A stretch of 40,012 bases of DNA from Eremomyces bilateralis CBS 781.70 (taxonomy: Eukaryota): NCBI GenBank assembly GCA_010015585.1, contig ML975150.1. The stretch is one strand, 5' to 3'. The notes beneath the pieces were generated by a model. That model did no database searches. It saw only the letters and a program-made list of their open reading frames with translations, and was not told the DNA's origin. The stretch's first letter is position 1; the number at the start of each line of letters is the position of its first letter. Both the position numbers and the translations under genes were made by a program. Shown here piece by piece: positions 12,363-22,914 of this stretch.

Positions 12363-13565
12363 ATGACCGTAGTTAACCCTTCTAGAAGCCATGGTATCTA
12401 CCATAATCCGTCGGCAGCGTCTTGGAGCCACCAACCACCGACCACTAGCAACCCACTGATCCTCAAGTTCCACCAGAGACTCCCAGAATACAAGCAAACA
12501 CCACTCGTCCCTCTCCCAGATCTAGCAAAAGAGCTTGGAGTGAGCCATGTCCTCGTCAAAGACGAATCAACCCGCTTCGGCCTCCCATCGTTCAAGATCC
12601 TCGGCGCCTCATGGGCGATTTATTGCGCGGTCGCCGCACAATGCGGCCTCGATGCGACCGTCGATCCACCCATCTCCATAACCTCACTCGGAGATGCGGC
12701 GCGACAATCGGGCATCCATCTGGTGACTTGCTCCGATGGCAACTGGGGCCGCGCCACGGCGCGCATGGCTCGATATCTGGGGATCCCGGCAACGGTGTTC
12801 GTGCCGCAGAATATCGACGACGCGACGCAGGTCAGGATTCGGAGCGAAGGCGCCACGGTGGGCGTGGTCGAGGGTAACTATGATGACTCTATTGCTACCG
12901 CGAAAGAAGAAGCGGAGAGGACGGGCGCATTGCTTGTTATGGACACCTCATGGGCCGGGTTCACGGAAGTGTCTTCAGTGCGTCCTATTTGATCCTCTGC
13001 GTTCCTGATAGATAATCGCTGAGCTCGATGTAAGTAGTGGGTCGTTGAAGGCTATTCCACCGCTCTGGAAGAGGTCGACCAGCAACTCGTGCAGTTGACC
13101 GGTGACAAACCTCCGACATGCATCATCGGTTCTGTCGGGGTGGGCTCCTGGATGCAATCCGTAACTGCGCATTTCAAAGCCAAGAACCCACCCTGCACCG
13201 TCGCCACGGTCGAGCCGGAGACATCTGCATGTCTGAAGGCGAGCCTCGAAGCCGGGAAGATGACCACGATCCGCACAGGCGACACCATCATGTGCGGGAT
13301 GAACTGCGGCACGGTTTCCGAGATCGCATGGCCGGTTCTTCGGAACGGAGTGGATGCCGCGGTGGCGATCTCCGACTGGGACTCCCATCGGGCGGTGCAG
13401 TACCTTCACGGCCGTGGGGTCAACGCCGGGCCCTGCGGAGCGGCGTCGGTGAGTGCGCTGAGGATGCTGAAGGACGAGGGGAAGTTGGAGTTGGGAGCGG
13501 ATGCGGTGGTGGTCCTCCTATCAACAGAAGGGTATCGAGAGTATAACATCCCCCCTGAAGCGTAG
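12363..13565 (+). CDS. Diaminopropionate ammonia-lyase-like PLP enzyme (fold type II, TrpB superfamily); exons 12363-12977, 13038-13565
   Basis: FHQRLPEYKQTPLV, VKDESTRFGLPSFK(PLP Lys)ILGASW, SDGNWGRA, VGVGS, VEP, TIMCGMNCG, STEG. Intron GTGCGT...TAG (12978-13037) joins EVSS|WVVEGYST in frame. In-frame ATGs at 12288 and 12330 make the start uncertain. Confidence 0.85.
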
Positions 13566-14015
13566 GCTATTGTTAAATAGCGAACTTTGAAGCATCGTAT
13601 ATTTCAAGGAGACTCATGTTATGCTTCCATATACTGCCCCACACAAACAGTAGATATGGTCAATGCACCGTAAAGTCAGAACCAATATATGATGGCACTC
13701 TGCTACAGTAACTCTCATCACCTTATATTTCTCACCACTAGTAAAATAAGCGAACTTTATGGGTGGTGTCGCAGTTCTAGTTCAACACGCTGATGGACCT
13801 CCAACAGTCCATGTCCAACTGCAATATCAGGGAGGCACTGCAGCTGCAGCAGCCAAGCCACTGGTAAGGCATCAACTGAGGCAAAAATGTTATGCCTGAG
13901 GCATCAACACGCCCCTTCAATTATTGATTGATCATTTGATGAACAGCACACAGCACATCGTGAGCTTTCTCATGTGACTATATTTACATGGTGTTTTAAG
14001 ACGGCATTCGAGATC

Positions 14016-16622
14016 ATGTCTGGAGAGGCTTCACGTCGGAAGGCGCTTGGAGACGACCTAAAAGGGCGTGCCGGCGCAGTTGAGGATCTTCGTCTCCGGT
14101 CGCGACAAGAGTATCTCAAGAAACGAGAAACCGAACAACTTGCGCTGCTCAGAAAACAGGTCGTGGAAGAAGCCGAAGAAGAGCGAACGAATCCGACTTT
14201 ATCCAAAGCTGAGGTCCAGGAATTCGCGAGAAATCGAGAAACCTTACAGTTGGCGGAAGAGCGCCTGCGAATCGACGACCACATCGACGGCTATGAACTA
14301 CCGGAAGACTACATCACAGAGAAAGGAAAGATCGATCGGAAACGGAAACATGACGTTCTGTACAAGCGCTATGTTGATCGTGACGAATATGGGAGGGAGC
14401 GGTATGTCACAGAGCAGGACGAGTGGGAAATTGAGCAGTCGAAGAAGGCGAAGGCTCAGATATCGAAGCCGACGTTGGTTGACGAAGGCGACTACGATTA
14501 TGTCTTCGACGAAGAGCAGCGCATCAACTTCATCGCTGCGGGTGCCCTGGCCGGGGAGAAGCCCATGACGAAGGAGCAGAAGATGATGATGCAAAGGATC
14601 GACGAGGCCGAGCAGCGGGCGAAATCGATCGATGAAACCAGGAAGAGCTTGCCGATGTACACGTTTCGAGACGAGATACTAGCAGCGGTGGCGCAATATC
14701 AGGTTCTCATCGTCGTTGGAGAAACAGGCAGTGGCAAAACTACACAGCTTCCGCAATACCTCCATGAAGCGGGATATACGAAAGGAGGGCTCAAAGTCGG
14801 CTGTACTCAGCCTCGAAGAGTCGCAGCTATGAGTGTAGCAGCTCGTGTAGCGGATGAAATGGGTGTCAAACTCGGAAATGAGGTGGGATATGCAATACGA
14901 TTTGAGGACAAGACCAACGACAAGACGGTTCTAAAGTACATGACGGATGGAATGTTGCTACGAGAGTTTCTCACCGAGCCGGATCTCGCAGGCTACTCAT
15001 GTCTTATGATTGACGAAGCCCACGAGAGAACACTACATACCGATATCCTTTTTGGTCTTGTCAAAGATATCTCCCGCTTCAGACCAGACCTCAAACTCCT
15101 CATCTCCTCTGCCACCATGGACGCCCAGAAATTCTCCAAATACTTCGACGACGCCCCCATCTTTAACATCCCAGGACGACGATATCCCGTCGACATACAC
15201 TATACCCCTCAACCGGAGGCAAATTATCTAGCCGCCGCCGTTACCACCGTCTTCCAAATCCATCTGTCCCAGCCAAAAGGTGACGTGCTGGTATTCCTCA
15301 CAGGTCAGGACGAGATCGAAGCTGCCGAGCAGAATCTACAAGAAACCGCCCGGAAACTCGGGAGCAAAGCGCCTGAACTCATCATATGTCCGATCTACGC
15401 CAACCTTCCCACCGACCTTCAAGCGAAGATCTTCGAACCGACACCACCGAAAGCGAGGAAAGTGGTCTTGGCTACGAATATTGCAGAGACCTCATTGACG
15501 ATCGACGGAATTGTTTACGTGATAGACCCCGGATTTGTTAAAGAGAACGTATATAATCCCCGTAACGGCATGGAGTCACTCGTCGTGACACCTTGCTCAA
15601 GAGCATCAGCCGAACAACGAGCGGGACGAGCTGGCCGTGTTGGTCCCGGGAAATGCTTCAGATTATACACGAAATGGGCCTTCTACAACGAACTGGAACA
15701 AAATACGACTCCGGAAATCCAACGCTCGAATCTCAATAGTATCGTTCTGATGCTCAAGTCGCTTGGCATTAACGATCTCATTGACTTCGACTTCATGGAT
15801 GCTCCCCCCGCCGACACCCTCATCCGAGCTCTGGAGCAGTTATACGCCCTCGGCGCGCTCAATGACAAGGGCGAGCTCACCAAAATCGGTCGACAGATGG
15901 CCGAATTCCCTACCGATCCCATGCTCGCCAAATCCATCCTCGCCGCCGACAAACTGGGCTGCGTGGAAGAGATTCTTTCCATCATCGCCATGCTCGCCGA
16001 ATCGTCCGCCCTATTCTTCCGCCCGAAGGACAAGAAAATCCATGCCGACTCCGCGCGTTCGCGCTTCACCATCAAAGAAGGCGGCGACCACCTCACGCTG
16101 CTGAACATCTGGAACCAGTGGGTCGATTCTGACTTCAGCTACGTGTGGGCGAAAGAAAACTTCCTGCAGCAGCGGAGCCTTTCCCGCGCCCGCGATGTGC
16201 GCGATCAATTGACGAAGCTCTGCGACCGGGTGGAGATCACCGTCTCCACGTGTGGCGCGAGCGAACTCGTCCCGATCCAGAAAGCCATCACGGCAGGCTT
16301 CTTCCCGAATGCAGCGCGCTTGCAACGCGGCGGGGACTCGTATCGGACGGTGAAGAACGGTCTCACTGTCTACCTGCACCCCAGCTCCGTGCTGATGGAG
16401 GTCAATCCGCGATGGGTGATTTTTTACGAGCTCGTGTTGACTAGCAAGGAGTATATGCGAAGCAACTTGCCGATCCAGGCTGAGTGGCTTGTCGACGCGG
16501 CTCCCCATTACCATAAGAAGAAGGATTTAGAGACGCTGGGGTTGGATAACAAGAAGATGCCGAAGAAGGAGGGCGCTGCAGGTGTAAGTGCGAAACCAGG
16601 TGCCCAAGGCAGTAGATTGTAA
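14016..16622 (+). CDS. PRP2: Spliceosomal DEAH-box RNA helicase Prp2/Cdc28 (DHX16)
   Basis: [38 protein letters not shown] and QRAGRAGR, followed by HA2/OB region. Prp2/DHX16-type upstream segment [10 protein letters not shown]...EEQRINFI. The first in-frame ATG is at 14016 (the ORF track starts at a GTG). Confidence 0.93.
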   Translation: MSGEASRRKALGDDLKGRAGAVEDLRLRSRQEYLKKRETEQLALLRKQVVEEAEEERTNPTLSKAEVQEFARNRETLQLAEERLRIDDHIDGYELPEDYITEKGKIDRKRKHDVLYKRYVDRDEYGRERYVTEQDEWEIEQSKKAKAQISKPTLVDEGDYDYVFDEEQRINFIAAGALAGEKPMTKEQKMMMQRIDEAEQRAKSIDETRKSLPMYTFRDEILAAVAQYQVLIVVGETGSGKTTQLPQYLHEAGYTKGGLKVGCTQPRRVAAMSVAARVADEMGVKLGNEVGYAIRFEDKTNDKTVLKYMTDGMLLREFLTEPDLAGYSCLMIDEAHERTLHTDILFGLVKDISRFRPDLKLLISSATMDAQKFSKYFDDAPIFNIPGRRYPVDIHYTPQPEANYLAAAVTTVFQIHLSQPKGDVLVFLTGQDEIEAAEQNLQETARKLGSKAPELIICPIYANLPTDLQAKIFEPTPPKARKVVLATNIAETSLTIDGIVYVIDPGFVKENVYNPRNGMESLVVTPCSRASAEQRAGRAGRVGPGKCFRLYTKWAFYNELEQNTTPEIQRSNLNSIVLMLKSLGINDLIDFDFMDAPPADTLIRALEQLYALGALNDKGELTKIGRQMAEFPTDPMLAKSILAADKLGCVEEILSIIAMLAESSALFFRPKDKKIHADSARSRFTIKEGGDHLTLLNIWNQWVDSDFSYVWAKENFLQQRSLSRARDVRDQLTKLCDRVEITVSTCGASELVPIQKAITAGFFPNAARLQRGGDSYRTVKNGLTVYLHPSSVLMEVNPRWVIFYELVLTSKEYMRSNLPIQAEWLVDAAPHYHKKKDLETLGLDNKKMPKKEGAAGVSAKPGAQGSRL

Positions 16623-17152
16623 TATCATGATTTGCCTGTATGTCTAGCTTTGCTTCCCTGATACCCATTTATGCATAGTTAACCTTAACCGTGTCCATCG
16701 CCTTCATAACTTGACGTAATTGATTTCAAACCCCAACACACAGACATCCGGTTGCTGTACTTCACCACCCACCACTAATAGATGAACACTAATATAACAT
16801 TTAAAACGAGCATCTGTCCCGTGGCAGGTTGTCACACTCCTTGGGCCCAATATTCTTTAACTTCCCGTATATCCTGCGCTCTCCCATCCATCTCGTCTAG
16901 TTGGGCTGAATGCTGGTCCTCCGCCATGGCATACAACGTCGCGAGAAGATAGGGGAAGTGTGGATTTGGGAAGGACCTTGGCGTGTCGATATTAATTGAC
17001 GGATAGTTTGGCATGCCTGGATGACAAGACGAGACGGAGCTGCCAGGTCTGGAGTTAGGTAGAAGGTCTAGCAGCTCTAGAGGGGCAATCTGGGGATTTG
17101 TTGGATATTGCCTCTCCTGAGAATTGTGCCAATTACGTCTTCCACTCTTGCT

Positions 17153-18331
17153 TCATCTCTTCGACCCCGATCCCTCCTCGGCAGCTGTGCCAGTTTTGGC
17201 GGATTTTGACTGTTTTGCGAGGTGGTTGGTTTCGCTATGGTCATAACGCAAAGACGGCGGACAATCTCTTTCACTAATTTCCCATTGCTTCCCCCTTAAT
17301 TCCGTCCTTCGCCTCGATTCTTTCATTTCCTGCAGTAATTGCAACAGTCCATCTTGTGAGAACCATTTCGGAGCTGTGAGAGGCGCAATCCCCCGAGGTG
17401 GAGGAAACAGGACCGTCTCAGGGTCGTCCAGTGCAGATGCTACCGTAAAAGCCCACCCTGCGGTGACATTTTCAATCGCGTATCCCATTATATTTGCTCG
17501 ACCATATGCGTCGCAGTGAGTGTTATAATGCGGCAGGAATGTATCCCATTGGCCGATGCCTCTCCATGCGTCGACATTGATCAGTACCAGGACATCGATC
17601 CCAAAGAACTTTGCTGCCCACTTTTGATTTTGGTTCTGAGAAGAAAGAAGATGATCGACAGTACGGTTATAGAATGAGCGGTATGGGCTAGCGCTCTCAT
17701 CACTGAGAACGACGACATCGGGGCGGCTCCAGAAGAAGGTACGCCATTCTTTAGAAATCGCTAGACGGAGCATGAATTTCTGGGTTTGGGCGAACGTTAG
17801 CAAGGTCGGCGTCTGAAGAACGCTGATGCCGTAATCTTTTCGGAGTTTCTGATAGCTCAGGTGGGACGGATTGTCCTTTGGTAGTTCCTCTCGGGGGTTC
17901 GCATCCATCGTGCCACTGTTGTCTAGGATTATGATATCTTCGCGAGGCCATCCCGCAGCAATGTATGATAACGCGGTTTGAATCAGAAACGTCTCGTTGG
18001 TTGTGAAAGGGATTATAAGTGGTGTTCTCGGCCTGAATCGAGTTGGCTGGTTATGGAATGGCGTTTGTGGGTGAAATGAGCGTCCTATTGGAGGATAATA
18101 GAGGTGCATGTCCGACTCCTTCTCTCCAAGAAGGGGTTTAGGTGGCTCTCGAGACAGCATGCTGGCATTAATGGGTTCTCTGATTACAATAAAAACAGAA
18201 ATGCTGAGTATAACGATACCGATCCGCCGAAGCCATCCGTTACCCAATGGCCTCACTAATATATCCTCCTCTGAAAGAGAAGTAGAAGCCATTGACCAAG
18301 GGGATATTTGGGAGACACCATAATATGGCAT
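17153..18331 (-). CDS. Hypothetical type II membrane protein, possibly glycosyltransferase-like
   Basis: 392-aa uninterrupted ORF with a single N-terminal hydrophobic anchor (IGIVILSISVFIVI). It is followed by a globular domain (RTPLIIPFT, SYIAAGWPREDIIILDNSGTMD, TPTLLTFAQ, GQWDTFLPHY) resembling a fungal uncharacterised family. The glycosyltransferase function is inference only. Confidence 0.6.
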   Translation of the reverse strand: MPYYGVSQISPWSMASTSLSEEDILVRPLGNGWLRRIGIVILSISVFIVIREPINASMLSREPPKPLLGEKESDMHLYYPPIGRSFHPQTPFHNQPTRFRPRTPLIIPFTTNETFLIQTALSYIAAGWPREDIIILDNSGTMDANPREELPKDNPSHLSYQKLRKDYGISVLQTPTLLTFAQTQKFMLRLAISKEWRTFFWSRPDVVVLSDESASPYRSFYNRTVDHLLSSQNQNQKWAAKFFGIDVLVLINVDAWRGIGQWDTFLPHYNTHCDAYGRANIMGYAIENVTAGWAFTVASALDDPETVLFPPPRGIAPLTAPKWFSQDGLLQLLQEMKESRRRTELRGKQWEISERDCPPSLRYDHSETNHLAKQSKSAKTGTAAEEGSGSKR

Positions 18332-18794
18332 GAAAAGGACAACATGGACACAAGGAACGACGGGCTTCTAGCATCTTGAATTGTAAATCACTGCTGTCCC
18401 GCGGCTATTTAAGTAGCACATGCACAACTGAAGCAGTAGGCGGATGGGGTATGAGAAGAAAATTGAATCCACTGCAAGTGGACAAACCAATCTCGTATCA
18501 CGGTCATAAAGCGCAGAACTAAGCAGCAGCGCTTCACAATATATATCATGGCTCAATTTCCATGTCAGTGGTCGGATGGGTGCGCTAGTCCATGATCACC
18601 TCAAGGCTCTAGGTACATACAGCTATTTTAATCTACAGCCATTTGGGATTGGCATGGATTGTAGTGGTTCTCATATCTACAATCAAGTGAAAGCATGAAC
18701 AAAACAATGCGTGTGAAGACTTCAATGACCGAAATACGAAGAATACCGAGAAAAGCGTAATTCTTAAATGATTTATATCGTGAACATATATGTA

Positions 18795-20385
18795 TCAAGA
18801 TGACCCCAACGGTGAAACCTTTTCGGCAGACTGAAGAGCAAGCTCAAGCATGAGCCAGAATGTCTCCACGTCGCATGACCTTGGGATGCGGACGCCAGAC
18901 GCGTCTTTGACAGGCTGGATGACCGTTCTTCCACACTGTTCGGCGTTCGCGGGTGCTCGCGGCCTCTCCAACTCTTCTGACGACTCAATCTGGATTCCGT
19001 TATCTTCCCCTCGGACGACGTGTAACGAAAACCGCTCCCCTTTGTTGTCGTTAAACAAAAATGGCGCCAATGCCACTGCAACGGCCAGCGGATCGTGGAG
19101 AGGAGGACCTTCCTTCATCCCGAATTCCGTTTCGTAGGTGTTGGCAAAGAAAGTCAGGAGCTCGTGGAACATGATCCGCATGTTCGAGGGTTTCGTAGTC
19201 GAGGGATCACCTCCTCTACCGTAGAGCAACAATTCAAGGATCTTTGGCGTAGCAAGGACTTGGTGTGAGAGGTCGAGTGTGATCAAGTCCGTTTTAGCGG
19301 CTAGCTTAGGGTTCGTGAATATGGATGCAGCGCTCTCAGGGTCGCAGTATATCTTGGTTGAGCATTAGCAATGGTTGCGACAAAGCTCCGCACCGAGGGC
19401 ACAAACTTACGTTGAACTCGGCGTACTCCGTCCAATTGCCAAATCTCCTCCGAGCCTGCTCGAGCAATAATCGTATTCTCTCGTCGCTCACGCTATCGCC
19501 GTCGTGCAGGAGGCCTTTCTGTCGGAAGTCGAGGACGACGTCTTCGAGGCTCATTCCCTCCTCGTCGGGGAGCCTTCCATCGAACACTTCATGCACATCC
19601 CGTGTGAACAGAACTCGGTCTTCTTTGATACGGCCCATCGGCGCATTTGTGAATAATCCTCCAATCGCGCCGCCCATGATGCTGAGGCCTTTGATGTGGT
19701 CGACAATGTCTGGATAGACGGAGAACAGCAGGGCGACGTTCGTGAGCGTTCCGGTGGCTACGACGTACGCGGTCCCCTTCGGAGTCGCCTTTAGTCTTTT
19801 GTACATGGTCTGAATGGTCTCCGTGGTCGTCCATGGTTTCGTGACCGGTTTGGGCAGGAGTTCGGAACCTTCTAGGCCGGATTCACCTGGTATCAATTAG
19901 CAATTGGTCGCGACCATGAGTATTCGATGGACGAGCGCACACCGTGAATGGTACCAGCGTGCACTGCATCTCTGCAGAAGGGCTTCGCTGCTCCAACACA
20001 AACCGGAATATCCTGCTTTCCAATGGCTTCCAACACTGCGATAGTATTCTCGGTCGTGTGTCCTAGTGAGGCATTTCCATGTACGGTGCTCACCCCAAGC
20101 AGCTTAATTGCCGGAGAATGGGCCGCCAATAGTATGGCAAAGGCATCCTGCCCGAATATAGGTTAATTGACGGTAATATAATGCAAGTGGTGAGGCATGG
20201 GTAATTACATCATGTCCTGTCGAAAGGAATGCCCCAGGTCAGTGCATCTGGCTTCGGTGGTGTCGGGGTGGCCCTTACGTACCGGTGTCACAATCTAGCC
20301 AGAGCGGAATCTTAGGCATCGAATCCCCATCTTCCGTACGCCCCTGAAACACTTGCTCTGCCTTCTTCCAAGCATCGGTCGACAT
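18795..20385 (-). CDS. URH1: Inosine/uridine-preferring nucleoside hydrolase; exons 20385-20283, 20216-20209, 20147-19943, 19886-19411, 19352-18795
   Basis: Spliced product gives KIPLWLDCDTGHDDAFAI (DxDxGxDD Ca2+ motif), STVHGN, IHGESGL, TGTLTN, MGG, AEFNIYCDPE and PPLHDP. All four introns are GT-AG and preserve frame. An alternative ATG lies at 20319. Confidence 0.9.
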
Positions 20386-20729
20386 TTTCGGATATCGAAT
20401 CGTACGGAACAGCTGTCAGTTTGGGTAGCAGTCCAGGGAGAGATTGAAACGCCGTGTCGAGCGGTGTTCGGATCCTTTCCGCTCCCCAGAGTTGCTGCTG
20501 ACAATACCCTCCTGTTACTAATTTGAGTCGACTAACCGTGGACTTAAACTGCTAAAGGAGCCTGCATTTATGCGGTCTACATCGTTTGCTATTCCTCGGG
20601 TTTACGTTGGTCTCTGATTGTGCTTCGCTTTATTTACGGCGAATATATGCGTCGTCCTAGATTCATCCGGTGCGGATCATAGCGGTTTACAGGTTTTGAG
20701 AACACGCAAGGCAATCCCACCCAGCAACC

Positions 20730-22515
20730 ATGTTTTGGTTTGGATTTGTCAGCCTAAACGAGGAAGAGAAGGTTCAGAGAAGAATATTGCTGAATCAAAA
20801 CGCATTGATTGCTCAGCTGTCTGCTATTGGGGCCATTGTTGCTATCAAGACCTTTCTCTACTTAGTCTGGCTAGCGAAGCGACCTGCCGGAGTGGGTAAG
20901 GAGGACACACCCGAACCTAGTTCTCCGCATGCGAAGTTCCAGCGGAGTAGGTCCCCTTGGAGCGTATCTTCATGGAGGTTGCTTGTTAGGAGACTCGAAT
21001 GGTGGCTTTCTGGGGAATTCGTTATAGGCTGGGGCACGCGCGGACAATGGATCCTCGCGGGATGGTGGACAGTATGGCTACTGTATTTGAGCATCCGCGA
21101 AACAGGAAACGGTATGACCTCCGGCCGTGCTCTGATTCTTCCTAATGTACAATGGCTGAGTTTCTGCAGATTATCTCCACATGACGAAGCGGCTGGGTCT
21201 CGTTGGAGCATCTCAGCTTCCGCTCCATTACCTGCTGGTAATGAAGAGCAGATTCTCACCCCTTGCTCTCATCTTCAACCGATCTCACGAGGAACTGAAT
21301 TGGATCCATCAATACCTCGGGCGAATCCTATCGGCCATGTTCTTGGCGCATGCTGGTCTATATCTGAATTTCTTCGTTCAGGCCGGTGTTCTGGAGAAAC
21401 GGCTCCAGGATGACGATGTCCTCTCTGGACTTATGGCTATCGCTGTGATTTCTGTTATTGGGCTCTCCGCACTGGGCTACGTTCGGATGCTCTCGTACAG
21501 GACCTTCTATTGGATCCATGTTATCCTAGGGGGATATCTCCTATTGGTGCTCTACTCCCACGTGGTGCACATTCAGATCTACATCATTGAGTGCGCCGTA
21601 ATATCCATGCTCAATGTGGCGCTACGATGGACCGAAACTTCTCACCTTTCTGGAACAGTTTCCGTCGTTGGTACCACTGGCTTGATCAGAGTTGAGATGG
21701 CACTAGGTCCCGTTTCGCAAGGACAAGGGTCGTCGAGGGAGTGGCAGCCAGGGCAGCATGTCTATATCTCCTCGAAGTCTTCACGGTGGTTCAATCTGGT
21801 TCCGGGCTACCTATCCAAAAATCCTTTCACAATCTGCAATATCTCTTCCTCGGATGCGGGGGGAGGATCTATTCGACAGATGACACTCATTGCTCGTTGT
21901 CAGAAAGGAGCTACAAAACAACTCGCCGAGAAATCGAAACTGTCTCCCGCGCCAATTCCATTTCGTGTGGAGGGACCGTACGGAAGTTCACACCGTTACT
22001 TGGAACCCGCTCGACTCCGGCAATATTCTTCGGTGCTGATAGTGGCGGGCGGAGTGGGTGGTACATATGCTGTTCCCATGTGGGTAAGCATGATCCGACG
22101 TTCGGAGACGCCCTCAAGAGCGCGTTTCGTGTGGGCGGTCAGAAGCATGGAAGAAGCAGTATGCGTTTTTGGCGACGCCCTGACCGACTCGAAGGGCCCG
22201 GATCTGTACGTGACAGGCGAGAGAAGCGGCCAAGCTGCAGTCTCAGAAGAATCCGGAGACTACGTCGAGCTGCAGGAGATGGAGACTTCCTTACCTGGCG
22301 AGGCACCCTCAGGAGGCTTGAGAGGTGTGACGATGAGAAGGGGGAGGCCCAGTCTGGGGGTAGTGGTAAGCGCCTCGTTCTCCGGTGCTTCAAATACAGT
22401 TTGCGTGATTGTATGTGGGCCAAAAGGTATGGTGAGGGATGTGCGACAGGAGGTCAGCGAGTGGGTTGATAACGGCTACGCTGTCGACTTCCATGCTGAG
22501 TTTTACGGCTTGTAA
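20730..22515 (+). CDS. Ferric reductase / NADPH oxidase family transmembrane metalloreductase; exons 20730-21111, 21170-22515
   Basis: Paired haem-ligand His helices (WIHQYLGR...LAHAGLY; WIHVILG...YSHVVH), QPGQH, NPFT (FAD site), EGPYG, AGGVGGT, VCGP and C-terminal HAEFYGL. Intron GTATGA...CAG joins ETGN|DYLHMT. Confidence 0.88.
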
Positions 22516-22676
22516 CGCAGCCACGTTCTGGAAATTGCCTACGTGCGTAGAGCGTATAGATTTTAAACGATAGATACGAATGTAGACATGAAACTTTTCA
22601 TCAACTACTGGTATGGTTTGATATCGAAGGACGGAGACTTGGTGATTGCCAGGAACGTAGCAGCGGCAACTTCCGC

Positions 22677-22693
22677 CCACGTCACGTCACGTC
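22677..22693. promoter_or_regulatory. Tandem CACGT x3 (CCACGTCA) bZIP-type element upstream of EMC1
   Basis: CCACGTCACGTCACGTC lies ~220 bp before the EMC1 ATG. The sequence is directly visible; its function is inferred. Confidence 0.4.
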
Positions 22694-22914
22694 TCTTGAA
22701 AGGCGTCTAAGGACCCCTGCACAGCCAAATCACGAAGTCGTTCAACACCAGCTCACTGTAACTTTACACGAGAATTATAGGAACTCCTCGCCTACAATGC
22801 TAAGCTGGATAGTTCCTGGATATCAATTTTGACCACACCATCCATTTATCCCTTCCAATATGCATCCTTGAATTCTAGGTCGCATATGGTTCCCCACTGG
22901 ATCTTGATATCGCA

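Noticed and set aside
16611..16622. Prp2 ends in SRL, a PTS1 peroxisomal signal
   Set aside because: A nuclear spliceosomal helicase; most likely chance in a variable tail, with no supporting evidence.
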